NCBI RefSeq assembly: GCF_001194135.2
Contig: NC_068982.1
Location: 7,358,889-7,394,023, forward strand
Direction: 5' to 3'
Length of the DNA stretch: 35,135 nucleotides
Source of the DNA: Octopus bimaculoides
Lineage: Eukaryota
Below, piece after piece: positions 9,571 through 19,983 of the stretch (position 1 is the stretch's first letter; every line of letters begins with the position of its first letter). A program made the translations under genes and the position numbers. Below the pieces are notes generated by a model. It worked only from the letters and a program-made list of their open reading frames with translations, ran no database searches and was not told where the DNA came from.

Positions 9571-10237
9571 TATAGAGGATGTCTGTGTTGAATGAATTAT
9601 ACGTGTGTGTGTGTTCATATCTGAGTGCATTGTCATGTCCATCAATCGTTAGTTCTGGAGGCTGGTATCTTAAAATCTACTGCACATTACTTACGTTTGG
9701 TGCATAGAAAGGTCTTAAATACCATGACGTACACTTGCACATGCGAAAATGTAACTGTCACTTGTTATGTTATGTTCAAACGTTGGTTGTAAACTCTTAA
9801 AAGTGTGACGTCAAGGAAAGTATAATAAAATATACTTTCTCTATTATATGACATATTTGACATTTCCTGTATCACTTCTGTACATACGCTTTTTAACCTG
9901 ATCTAAAATATCGATTTATTTAACGGGCACGTAATTACAGGTTGAGGTAGATGTCATTTTTCTGACGTCTATGCACTTATTCAAAATACCGCAAACTTGT
10001 AGTTTACTAGGTTGAATTTTACTCCCATGTGCAACATATTGTATTTGCAACACTCATGACATTTATACAATCACACGCAGTTCTTTAATCTCGATCATAT
10101 TACTCTTTCGAAATATTAGCAGATTAATGCAGGGCAAATTATCTTCGGGATTAAACTTCTAGTCTATAATTTCTTGGAAATTTGTCGAAATAATAGAATT
10201 GCAAATGTTTAAGAACTTTTAGTTATGTGTCATTACG

Positions 10238-10372
10238 TGGGTGGCAGATTAGCAGAATCGGTTGAGTGATAAGCAAAATACCTTGGTGCATTCTTGGTGT
10301 GTTTAGTTATGTCTTAAGATAAAATCTCACTTGTCTTTCATCCTCTTCAGGACAATGATATATGTAACAGTG
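10238..10372 (+). mobile_element. Old, diverged SINE family A copy
   Basis: gtggcagattagcagaatcg head and cttgtctttcatcctcttcagg core are weakly alignable to 15174-15320. Confidence 0.45.
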
Positions 10373-12219
10373 AAATGCGGATGTTGACATAAGACTCTAT
10401 GAACTATCTTACATCTCTGCTATTATGATAATTTTGAAAAGCAATGAGTGGCGTTACTCATTTAATACTAACAAAGTTAGCATTAAAATACCTGGCATAT
10501 TCATTGTGTAAAATTGTAAATTCTAAAACGGTTCTAATTATTTGAAACAGATTGCCAACTAATTATTCTCAGTCAGTGGAGTATAAAAAGAATGAATAAC
10601 TAAACTTATTAAAGCATCGTATTGTATCGGAAAGTAGAGATGAGTGTGCATTTCATACATTTGGGTGGGTTAAATTAACCTGTGTTGAGGATCAAATGGA
10701 ACTGTTTTCGCTAAATTGTGCGTGTATGTGAATGAGCGTGCTTTCGTGTTTAAGTGAGAGTGTGTATGTGTATTTCTACGTATTTAAATATGTATGTTTT
10801 ACTTTTCACCTACATTTTTAGGTCTTATCCGACATATGATTCAGTTATATGCCATTTGGTATCGCCCTTAAAGAACAAATGCTAAGAAATCGAAATGGCG
10901 TCATTTTACAAAATAAAAATAATTGAAATTATTAAGTGTCAAACAATTTTAATGATGGTTTTAGACATGATCTTCATTCTGTCAAAACCTTAAAAAATTT
11001 ATATGATACTTCAGGGTGGATAACTACTAGGCGTTGCCGCAGTGAAGACGTAGACAAGAAGAGAAAACCAAAGGTTTGTGCTGTAACGATTAGGGATAGT
11101 AGTTAATGTTGTCTTGAGTAAGAAAACATGTAACAGCTAACTTGATGGAGGAAACGTATGCATGAGTTATTTGTGGACTGAGATAGTAAGCAACTAGCTA
11201 GATATGAGAAGCACAAGCTAATATGTTAAAGGTAGAATGAAATAAGAGGGAAGACCACGTACTTCAGATAGAATGGAATGTGGCTTTCTTTCCCAGGTTG
11301 CCGGTAACCCTTTAATGTGGCCTATGATATCCGTATATCAAAGTGTGACGGAATTATTCCATTCTGTATCTCAATTTAACTTTGTAATGAATTACCAGAT
11401 ATTCGTGGCTAAAATATTTTTGGATACGAGTTTTTAATAAGAACTTCAATGACTGTGAGTCTAACATTTGTAGCGGAGTTTTGATCGAGTGCTGGCTAAG
11501 GCTAGAGACGCTGAGAAATGAATTGTCACATTGTTATATGTTTATATAACCGTTATGTTTAACGATTGCTAATCTGAACAGTGTTAAACAATCAAAGCGT
11601 CCGTGGACCCATTTAAGTTTCTATCCATAAACACCATTTCTTTAGTAAGGTACTGTAAGCATAAAATTGGAAAACAATTCTTACATGTTATACTGATTTC
11701 AGGTTAATTAAGAAACCTTACATATAACATTTGGTTATTTTCATTTATATTTACAGCTTTATATTTAATTAAACCCAAAATATCTAAATTTAAAAAATAA
11801 TTCAATTCGATACTTTTTGTTCGTTTTTCTTCAAATTGTAATATTCAAATAAAATTTTATTGCTTAAGCGAAATTAGTAATTAATAATTTCCATATGTCC
11901 TTGAGTGGAGATTAATAATTAAACATAAATGCTATGGTTTATGAACATTAAAGGATATCCTTATGATCGTTTAGTGGTACGCATTTAAGCAATCATTCTT
12001 ATTTGAAGTTTTAATATAACTCCTTTTCATATTACAATGAAAGACGAAATATTAGAATTAGCTAGTATGATACGAATTACAGATACTCTTTCTAGACAGA
12101 GAATATTTTACTAAAAATAAAATGTAACAGTATATTTACGGTAAATATCAAATTTCCCTTTCGTTTTGTACTATTCTTGCACTATAACAGTTTTCTTAAC
12201 ATTACATTTATATAAATAA

Positions 12220-12959
12220 CTAGCAGAAACACCCGGCGTTGCCCGGGTTAAAGAGAATAATGAAATCTAAAAACGCCGTCTAGACTATGCAACCCTCAAC
12301 TGTTAGTAGCTACGATACCATATTTCTACATTAATAACTCTCCAATCCATGCCAGCATGGAACATAGATATTAAGTGGATTGCTAGAAGAAAGTTTTCAA
12401 NNNNNNNNNNATGCCAGCATGGAACATAGATATTAAGTGGATTGCTAGAAGAAAGTTTTCAACTCATATGTATATAAAGTAAATACACGTAATTCAGAAA
12501 CACGTTTTTGTGTATCTTATTTCGTAACCAAACAAACAGGTACAGATTATAAATAATGAAAGGCCAATTTTGGTGATTCATTTGACAGAGGTAGTATAGA
12601 CACAATGCGATGATAAATCTGAGGTTGGATCTTGAAAGTTTGGATGAATGCTGCCTCAGTTAAATCTCTCGTGGTTCCAAATGATGTCATCTGTAGTACA
12701 GCGTCGTATTGTCTAATTTTGTTTTGCAAATGTTAGGAATCTTGGTCAGTTGATGATAACAGTTTCTTCAATAGCTCTGGAGGTTGGGGATTGTGGAATT
12801 GTTGGGAATGTTTTTAACTTTGGTGTTATATGTATTGCTTGAATTTCTTTGACATGTGAAGTATATGTATTTTCACTGAGTTTTGTAGCTCTCGAGTTTT
12901 AGGGATTCACACAGACACACAGACAGACAGACACACATTCTCATCTTTATATATAGAGA
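12220..12959 (-). mobile_element. Internally deleted Helitron with both termini
   Basis: Minus strand begins A|TC (12959) and ends CTAG|T (12223-12220). The subterminal GC hairpin is ACCCGG-cgttgc-CCGGGT (12231-12248). A Rep fragment lies inside in the sense orientation. Confidence 0.8.
12547..12786 (-). pseudogene. Helitron RepHel N-terminal (Rep-side) fragment
   Basis: QPPELLKKLLSSTDQDS*HLQNKIRQYDAVLQMTSFGT...TFKIQPQIYHRIVSILP matches the Helitron NIRxYNxxFQMTSFG...FKIQGQIYHRIGSLLP motif. Internal stop at 12733-35. Confidence 0.8.
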
Positions 12960-13084
12960 TATATATATACACACACACACGCACCCAAACACACGTATAT
13001 ATATGTATATCAATATAAATATATGAAAGTCAATGAAGTTTCGTAAAAGAAGGTGATCATGTACATATTTCCTTGCTGTTGTGA

Positions 13085-13197
13085 TTATAACACCTCGTTG
13101 TAAACAATGTTCCCTTGCTGCCCACTCTTGAGCAGCCAACATACAGTTGTCCATGTGAGAAGCGGGGCTCTTCCAAGAGAAGACCAGCTACAGACAG
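13085..13197 (-). pseudogene. Helitron PIF1-helicase C-terminal fragment
   Basis: LSVAGLLLEEPRFSHGQLYVGCSRVGSK (FSHGQLYV-SRV helicase motif), then a frameshift/deletion to NIVYNEVL*, a typical RepHel C-terminus. Most of it is repeated inverted at about 13725-13797. Confidence 0.85.
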
Positions 13198-13797
13198 TGC
13201 TCATCTGTTATGTTCGGGTTAAAATTTCATCAACATCAAAAATATATGAATTTTCATGGGAGTTATGGCCGTTATGCATAGAATGTAATTTCCAAATTTT
13301 ATAAAGATCCATTCAGTACTTTTGACGTAGTTTTGGATAAGAAAACAAATGACTAATGTGTGTGTTTGTGTCCATGTGTATGTGTGTGATGGGTGTATAT
13401 ATGTATAGATATCTGTATGTATGTATATATATGTATATATGCGTACATATTACATGTACATCTATATATATACATCTACACATATGTATACATATACATG
13501 TATGCATATATATCTATACATATATACACCCATCACACACATACACATGGACACAAACACACACATTAGTCATTTGTTTTCTTATCCAAAACTACGTCAA
13601 AAGTACTGAATGGATCTTTATAAAATTTGGAAATTACATTCTATGCATAACGGCCATAACTCCCATGAAAATTCATATATTTTTGATGTTGATGAAATTT
13701 TAACCCGAACATAACAGATGAGCACTGTCTGTAGCTGGTCTTCTCTTGGAAGAGCCCCGCTTCTCACATGGACAACTGTATGTTGGCTGCTCAAGAG
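13125..13797. repeat. 288-bp perfect inverted repeat (arms 13125-13412 and 13510-13797) with a 97-bp TA/CA-rich spacer; right arm ends at an N-gap
   Basis: No mismatch found by eye. The ORF track gives identical peptides on opposite strands. Confidence 0.9.
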
Positions 13798-14126
13798 NNN
13801 NNNNNNNNNNNNNNNNNNNNNNNNNNNNNNNNNNNNNNNNNNNNNNNNNNNNNNNNNNNNNNNNNNNNNNNNNNNNNNNNNNNNNNNNNNNNNNNNNNNN
13901 NNNNNNNNNNNNNNNNNNNNNNNNNNNNNNNNNNNNNNNNNNNNNNNNNNNNNNNNNNNNNNNNNNNNNNNNNNNNNNNNNNNNNNNNNNNNNNNNNNNN
14001 NNNNNNNNNNNNNNNNNNNNNACATGAGTGTTTTTGTTTCACTTTTGACACGTAATACTTAAATAGTGGAGGAGATATTATGTTGCCGTGGGCTCGAACT
14101 CTGCAAGAAGTTAAAAAATGTTTTTG

Positions 14127-14206
14127 ACTAAAACACAACTGGAACCCTAAGTAAGGCATCTGTAAAATTTGAATGAAATTGGTTGCGTAGTTCTCGAGTT
14201 TTAGGG

Positions 14207-14258
<52 letters not shown>

Positions 14259-14279
14259 TCTCATTTTTATATACATAGA
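14127..14279 (-). mobile_element. Second Helitron 5' terminus (same family as 12880-12959)
   Basis: ctcgagttttagggat-(CA)n-cacattctcat..ttatata..tagat is shared with about 12885-12960. A|TC start at 14279 on the minus strand. Confidence 0.7.
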
Positions 14280-14636
14280 TTCTGAGCATGTCATTTCCAT
14301 AGCATATCTCGGTACAACAGCCGAAAAAATAGACATTGCCAACGCATAGGAAACAAGTTACATGAATTATAGATACATATGAGGTGCGTTAACATATTCG
14401 AATGCAAAATATAGTTCGTAAAACAATATGTTATGAAATAAAACAAATAAAGCTAAAAATTCAAACATATACAAATGAAAGGTTAATTTAATACATATTG
14501 AATAAAGTATTGCTGAAATTCAGTATTAAATATTCAAAAGTACGCTTATTCCTTGGAATGCGTTAACTTCAACTCAAGAGATATTTTATGCATAAAAATA
14601 TTCTGTAAGAATAAATTGATTTTCCTGGTTTCAAAT

Positions 14637-14789
14637 TTTTGGCATAAGGCACGCAAGTTAAGAGGAGGAGTTACATCTATTAAATCGATCCAAGTGCATA
14701 ACTGGTACTTATTTTATCGACCCCGAAAGGATGAAATACCGCTAAGCATTTCGTCCAACGCGCTAAAGATTCTTCCAGCTCGCCGCCTT
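14637..14789 (-). mobile_element. SINE family A (tail type 2) with an internal deletion
   Basis: Reverse complement of the aaggcggcgagctgg head and the tttcatcctttcggggtcgataaaataagtaccag core. About 55-60 nt are missing at a GAAA microhomology (14733-36). Confidence 0.75.
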
Positions 14790-15173
14790 GTAAAATATAG
14801 AAATAATACAATTTCTATAAGCTGCTTCTTTGAGATTAAATTATTTAAATCTCTAATGAGAATATATGTATANNNNNNNNNNNNNNNNNNNNNNNNNNNN
14901 NNNNNNNNNNNNNNNNNNNNNNNNNNNNNNNNNNNNNNNNNNNNNNNNNNNNNNNNNNNNNNNNNNNNNNNNNNNNNNNNNNNNNNNNNNNNNNNNNNNN
15001 NNNNNNNNNNNNNNNNNNNNNNNNTATATATATATATATACGTGTATGTATGTATGTATGTATGTAGGTAGGTAGGTAGGTAGGTAGGTAGGTAGGTATG
15101 TATGTATTGTAATAATATGCATGTAACATATTCTCCTTACATAACGTACCACACAATATTTACCCATACAAAT

Positions 15174-15601
15174 GCGGTTACCTGGCAGAAATGTTAGCAC
15201 GCCGGACGAAATGCTTAGTGGTATTTCGTCTATCTATACATTCTGAGTTCAAATTCTGCCCAGGTCGATTTTGCCTTTCATCATTTCGGGGTCGATAAAT
15301 TAAGTACCAGTGACGCACTGGGTTCGATGTAATCGACTTAATCTCTTTGTCTGTCATTGTTTGTCCCCTCTATGTTTAGCCCCTTGTGGGCAATAAAGAA
15401 ATAAGAAATGTTAACATGCTGGGCGAAATGCTTAGCGATATTTCGCCTGTCTTTATGTTCTGAGTTCAAATTTCGCGGAGGTCGACTTTGCCTTTCATCC
15501 TTCCGGGGTCGATAAATTAAGTACCAGTTGTGTACTGGGGTGGATGTAATCGACTGCCCCTCCTCCCAAAAGTTTCGGGCCTTGTGCCTAGAGTAGAAAA
15601 G
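15174..15601 (+). mobile_element. SINE family A dimer/nest (tail type 1 unit, then tail type 2 unit) inside a perfect 19-bp TSD
   Basis: TSD AATATTTACCCATACAAAT at 15155-15173 and 15602-15620. B box GTTCAAATTC 15247-56. Core gtcga.tttgcctttcatc.tt.cggggtcgataaattaagtaccag occurs twice and is recalled as MetaSINE-like (unverified). Confidence 0.88.
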
Positions 15602-17027
15602 AATATTTACCCATACAAATAATTTATTTTTCTTTGAGTTTTCATAAAATTTCTTTGGAATCTAAACCATACTTATGTTGATTCTTAGTAACCTTATATA
15701 TATATATTATTTCTTAATCGATTTACAAATTTTACATTGAATCTAGCAAAAATTGTGTTAACTTTAAAGAGAAGAAAAATGAAAGCAGATAACTACTCCG
15801 TCAAAAGTGTTAAAGGTCTCAAAAATAAGGGAAAATGATTACTTCGAAAACTGAAAATAGGTGGCAGGAAAGAAAAAAACCACGGCTTTGACCTAATAAT
15901 ATGATATGCTAACACCTATATACACAGATGCAGCTATAGTCTCTCTCTCTCTCACGCACAAATACACGCGCCCGCACACCTACATACACACACGAACACA
16001 CAAACACGCAAATAGTGTGGAAACGTTCGAAATTGGAGTATATAGATAGAGAATCAATGCAATACAAGTGAATTCTATTACTACTGTCTTGACTACATTT
16101 TATCTTCGTCATAAATTTTTGTCTTTCATCATTTAACCAACGGTTTACCACAGACTTTTCAACACGGTGGGATACATCTTACATCTCACTTTGCACGGAA
16201 ATCAAACAGAATTCAAATGAGGCCATAATAATACTTGAAGATTATTATTACTGTAGGCTGCAATCAGTGTCGGCGAAATTTAATTCACAGAAAGTGAAGT
16301 TAATTTTATTTTTCTTAACGATCAGAAACTCAACATCCTGAAGGGCTGCGCATGTCTTTGATTTCAGTAATCACACTGCCCATTGATGTCTATCAATATT
16401 TTCGATGCATTCATTAACTGTGTAACTAGGTTTAACACATTTAACTTAGTTTATGAAAGGAAGTAGAGAATTATGACAGTTACATTTTGGGCAAAGAGTA
16501 TTGGATAATTCGTTTAGCGAGTTGATTATTAGCGAAACGTGATATAAAGCAAATATCATTTAGTTATTTGTAAAGGATGTAAGATAATGAACTGTCACGA
16601 TGATTTATGCACGTTTCTTCTGCTTTCTATGTTTGCCTTCTTATATTGCAAATAAATGGCAAGGTGGAAATGATTCAAATAGCAAACAATTTTATTTCAG
16701 TCGAATCTGCAGCTTATGATATTCCGCTGCCGATGAGTTTACTTTTATTGAATTTAAAATTATTTACTGGAGAAGATATGGGGATATATTAAAGTCAAGT
16801 GTTTCAATAGAATGATGTTCTTCTAAAATTCTGAAATTGACATTCGTACATTTATTAATACTATTTTATTCGATTATAAACTAAAGGAGATTGGAAGAAT
16901 CGTTAGTGTACTGGAAAAATACTGTGTGATATGACATACGGGGTAAGTTATATTCTCACGAAGATTGACGTTTCTGTTCATCATTTGAGCATCGATTATA
17001 CATGCATACAAAGACAGATAGACATTC

Positions 17028-17077
17028 ATACATACATACATACATACATACATACATACATACATACATACATACAT
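17028..17077 (+). repeat. (TACA)n microsatellite
   Basis: Seen directly. Confidence 0.9.
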
Positions 17078-17560
17078 AGGCATACATATATTACTGAATG
17101 ACTATAGTCAATTTAATCGATTGTACCATTCCACTTGTTTATGACATGCAGATAAGTTATAACAAAGCACTGTATTAAATAAAACTAACACAGCAATGGC
17201 ATGGGTTGATTGCTGACGTATGAGACAATTATGAGTATTTGTCATAAATATACTTTAAAGAAAAATCGTCTTTGACAAAATTATAAAATAAAAAATTCGT
17301 CGAATTTTCAAAGTATTGTCCAGCATAATTTACCTTGCTCACTCCATTTTTACAATAAGCTGTGCATTGGTCAAGGTGCTTATATTTGATAAAAACACTG
17401 CAAATGAGAAGATTTATCCAGTTGTCAACTGCATTTACCACTGTCAAGCTTCGACATTGCATAGTGTAGAATATGTAATAGAATTAATAATATTTTTTTG
17501 CATAGCAAAGTTGAAATTGCCTTAATACTAAGACGCTTCTGTTGACTTTTCTAAAATAAT

Positions 17561-17773
17561 TATTTCTTTATTGCCCATAGGGAGCTAAATATAGAGGGGA
17601 CAAACAAGGACAGACAAAGGGATTAAGTCAATTACATTGACCCCAAAGCGTAACTGGTAATTATTTCATCGACCCGGAAAGGATGAAAGGCAAAGTCGAC
17701 GTCAGCGGAAGCTGGACTCAACATAAAGGCAGACGAAATACCGCTACGCATTTCACTCGGCGTGCTAACGCTT
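17561..17773 (-). mobile_element. SINE family A (tail type 1) with a perfect 15-bp TSD
   Basis: TSD CTTTTCTAAAATAAT at 17546-17560 and 17774-17788. The tail is the reverse complement of the 15340-15403 tail. Confidence 0.88.
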
Positions 17774-17788
17774 CTTTTCTAAAATAAT

Positions 17789-17999
17789 GTTGGCTTCACA
17801 TATTGGCTCACGGTTAACAGCTTCGCAGGAGCGGTAAGTCGATTACATCGACTCCATTGCTCAGCCGATACTTAGCATTTCAAACCCGAAAGGAAGAAAA
17901 GCAAAGTCGACCTCGGTGGAATTTGAACTCAGAGCATAGTGATGAAATGCTGCTAAGCATTCGGGCTCGGTTTGCAAACGATTTTGTCAACACGCCGCC
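17789..17999 (-). mobile_element. Older SINE family A copy adjacent to the previous one
   Basis: Minus strand ggcggcgtgttgacaaaatcg...gagttcaaattccaccgaggtcgactttgc. Possible imperfect TSD CTTTT(C/G)TAAAAT. Confidence 0.75.
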
Positions 18000-18583
18000 T
18001 TTTGTAAAATGCTATTCATTATAGTTTTTAAAATGGGCATACATGAACACGATGGTGGGAATTAATTTGAGCAGACGTTCAAATGTTTCATTAAACGTAA
18101 CATATACCCGCTGTAAATATACCCTCAGAATGTTCATTAAAATATTTATGTTGATGTAAAACTCTGGTTTCAGTTTTTAGTATCTGTTTTTGAAAGAAAT
18201 TATGTAAATGTATTGACTTAAAAGAATTCACAACCAGCTATACTGGACCTATTGCTCAAAAACAAAATTGAAACTCTACGTTCCAGTGAAATAATACGTA
18301 TCAAATAGTAGCTTTCACTAAGACAGTGTCATTTGGAATATATAATTTTAAAAGCTGCATATCCAAAATAAATGTTTTCTAATACGCTTTCATCTTGAAA
18401 GTCTCTTTGTATTAATCCCATATTCAACTCTAAATATCAAATCATATTTCCAAATTACGACACAAAGTATCGCATTGCTAATAACGAGGTTTATATATCT
18501 CTATATACCTGAATATATATATGTGTGTATATATATGTTTGTCTGAGTGTATGTCTGTATCTTTGTGCCTGTATATGAGTACG

Positions 18584-18614
<31 letters not shown>

Positions 18615-18750
18615 GAGTTTGTTTGTGCGTAAGTACGTATATGTATATGTGTGTGTGTGTGAGTGTGTATGTGTGTGTGTCTCTGTGTCTCTGTGTGTAC
18701 GTATATGTATATATATGTATGTGTACGTGTGTGTGTGTGTGTGTGTGCGT

Positions 18751-19059
18751 GGAAGCTTATGGCTTCGTACTCTGAGTATTCGGCTTACGATCGAAAGGTC
18801 GTGAGCTTGATATCCGGCGGCGCGTTGTGTCCTTGAGCAAGACACATTATATTTGCCGTTGCTCCAACCCAATCAGCTGGCAAAAATGAGTTGCACCAGC
18901 AATTCAAAAGGTCAGCTTGTCACATTCTGTGTCACACTAAATGCTACGTTAAGGGCAAACGTGTTTATGAAGGGCTCAGCCATTCGAATGGCAATTTCAC
19001 GAACAGACTGTTCCGTTGATCGGATAAACTGGAACAGTCGGTGCACGGAGCCGACAGTG
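18751..19059 (+). mobile_element. tRNA-derived CORE-like SINE, family E (possibly OR-type), diverged
   Basis: Decayed tRNA head, ttgtgtccttgagcaagacac CORE-like motif (about 18825-18845), and a 3' tail homologous to 7655-7774. Confidence 0.7.
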
Positions 19060-19354
19060 TATATATAAATTACTGAAGGATTAAAATTTATCAAAGACAT
19101 ATTAAGCATGTCTACCGCCTGGGAATAACAGTCAAAATACTTATTCAAATCGCCGAAAAAATACACTGGACTCACGTGGAGCGGTTTCTGGACTGGCATT
19201 ATAGCCTCATCTTCCTCAGCACGCGTTACCATGATGGAGAGCCCCAACCCGTCACGCTGACGTCTGCGCTGCAACTGATTCGTTTTCCGCCGAATCATGG
19301 CAGCCACCAGTGTGAAAATAATTTCAATACGGAGCAAGTAATTCAGGAGAAAGT

Positions 19355-19410
19355 ATTTTCTTTTATACGTTTCAGCCCAAACGTTGTGGCCATGCTGAAG
19401 CACCGCCAGA
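19355..19410 (-). mobile_element. Short 3'-end fragment of a family C-like SINE
   Basis: tttcagc...tgtggccatgctgaagcaccgcc resembles the recalled family C terminus. Confidence 0.4.
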
Positions 19411-19459
19411 GCAATCACCTTTTCAGTTACTATTTTTGCGCGATAAGCTTTTGGTGAAA

Positions 19460-19690
19460 GAAGGGGTTCGGTAATGCTTCCGTCTCTTGAGTTTCTTATC
19501 GTGGCGTCAGTCCAGCTGGGACTTCGGACAGCAGGAGGTCAATGCCTTTGATTATGCTCACTGGAACTTTAGCTAGTTGAAGGGCTTCTAGCATCCATGA
19601 GTGGGGGACAGAGTCAAAGGCTTCCTTGTAGTCCAGCCACATTAAAATGAGGTTCCGCCTATGCCGCCGCACCGCTGACATTATAGTTTT
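19460..19690 (-). pseudogene. Reverse transcriptase fragment of a Dong/R4-like (RLE-type) LINE
   Basis: RRHRRNLILMWLDYKEAFDSVPHSWMLEALQLAKVP (core 19595-19639) matches the WxDYxKAFDSVPHSW RT motif. Followed by a stop/frameshift. Confidence 0.8.
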
Positions 19691-19931
19691 CTTTATGTAT
19701 GTATGTATGTATGTATGTATGTATGTGAGAGAGGTAGGGAGAGGGAGAAGAGTCTGTGTGCGTGTGCGTGTGTGCATATTTAAGTCTGATTCGATATAAT
19801 AAGTATTATTGTAACGGTTGTGTCACTGTGTCACGCAACTGCGCTTATCTCCAAAAAAGCGATCAATAATAACCGAACCGGTTCGAAATGATCGATTACA
19901 ATGTCTCAATGTCATAACTCAGCAGAGCTGC

Positions 19932-19983
19932 AGTGCAATGACTGCAGCCAGTCAAAGTGCAATGACTGCAGCCAGTTAAAGTG
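19932..19983 (+). repeat. 24-bp tandem duplication (agtgcaatgactgcagccagt(c/t)aa x2)
   Basis: Seen directly. Confidence 0.9.

Noticed and set aside
5305-9645. Long ORFs of 150-318 aa in the track (also at 13618-14342, 14553-15200, 24593-24906, 25621-25996, 27538-28206)
   Set aside because: They are open only because they span N-gaps and (TA)n flanks.
11200-11270. KGRMK*EGRPRT, reminiscent of an RTE/CR1 C-terminus
   Set aside because: Too short and decayed to support.
12349-12462. Exact 52-bp direct repeat
   Set aside because: The copies flank a 10-N gap; this is a typical unmerged contig overlap, i.e. an assembly artefact.
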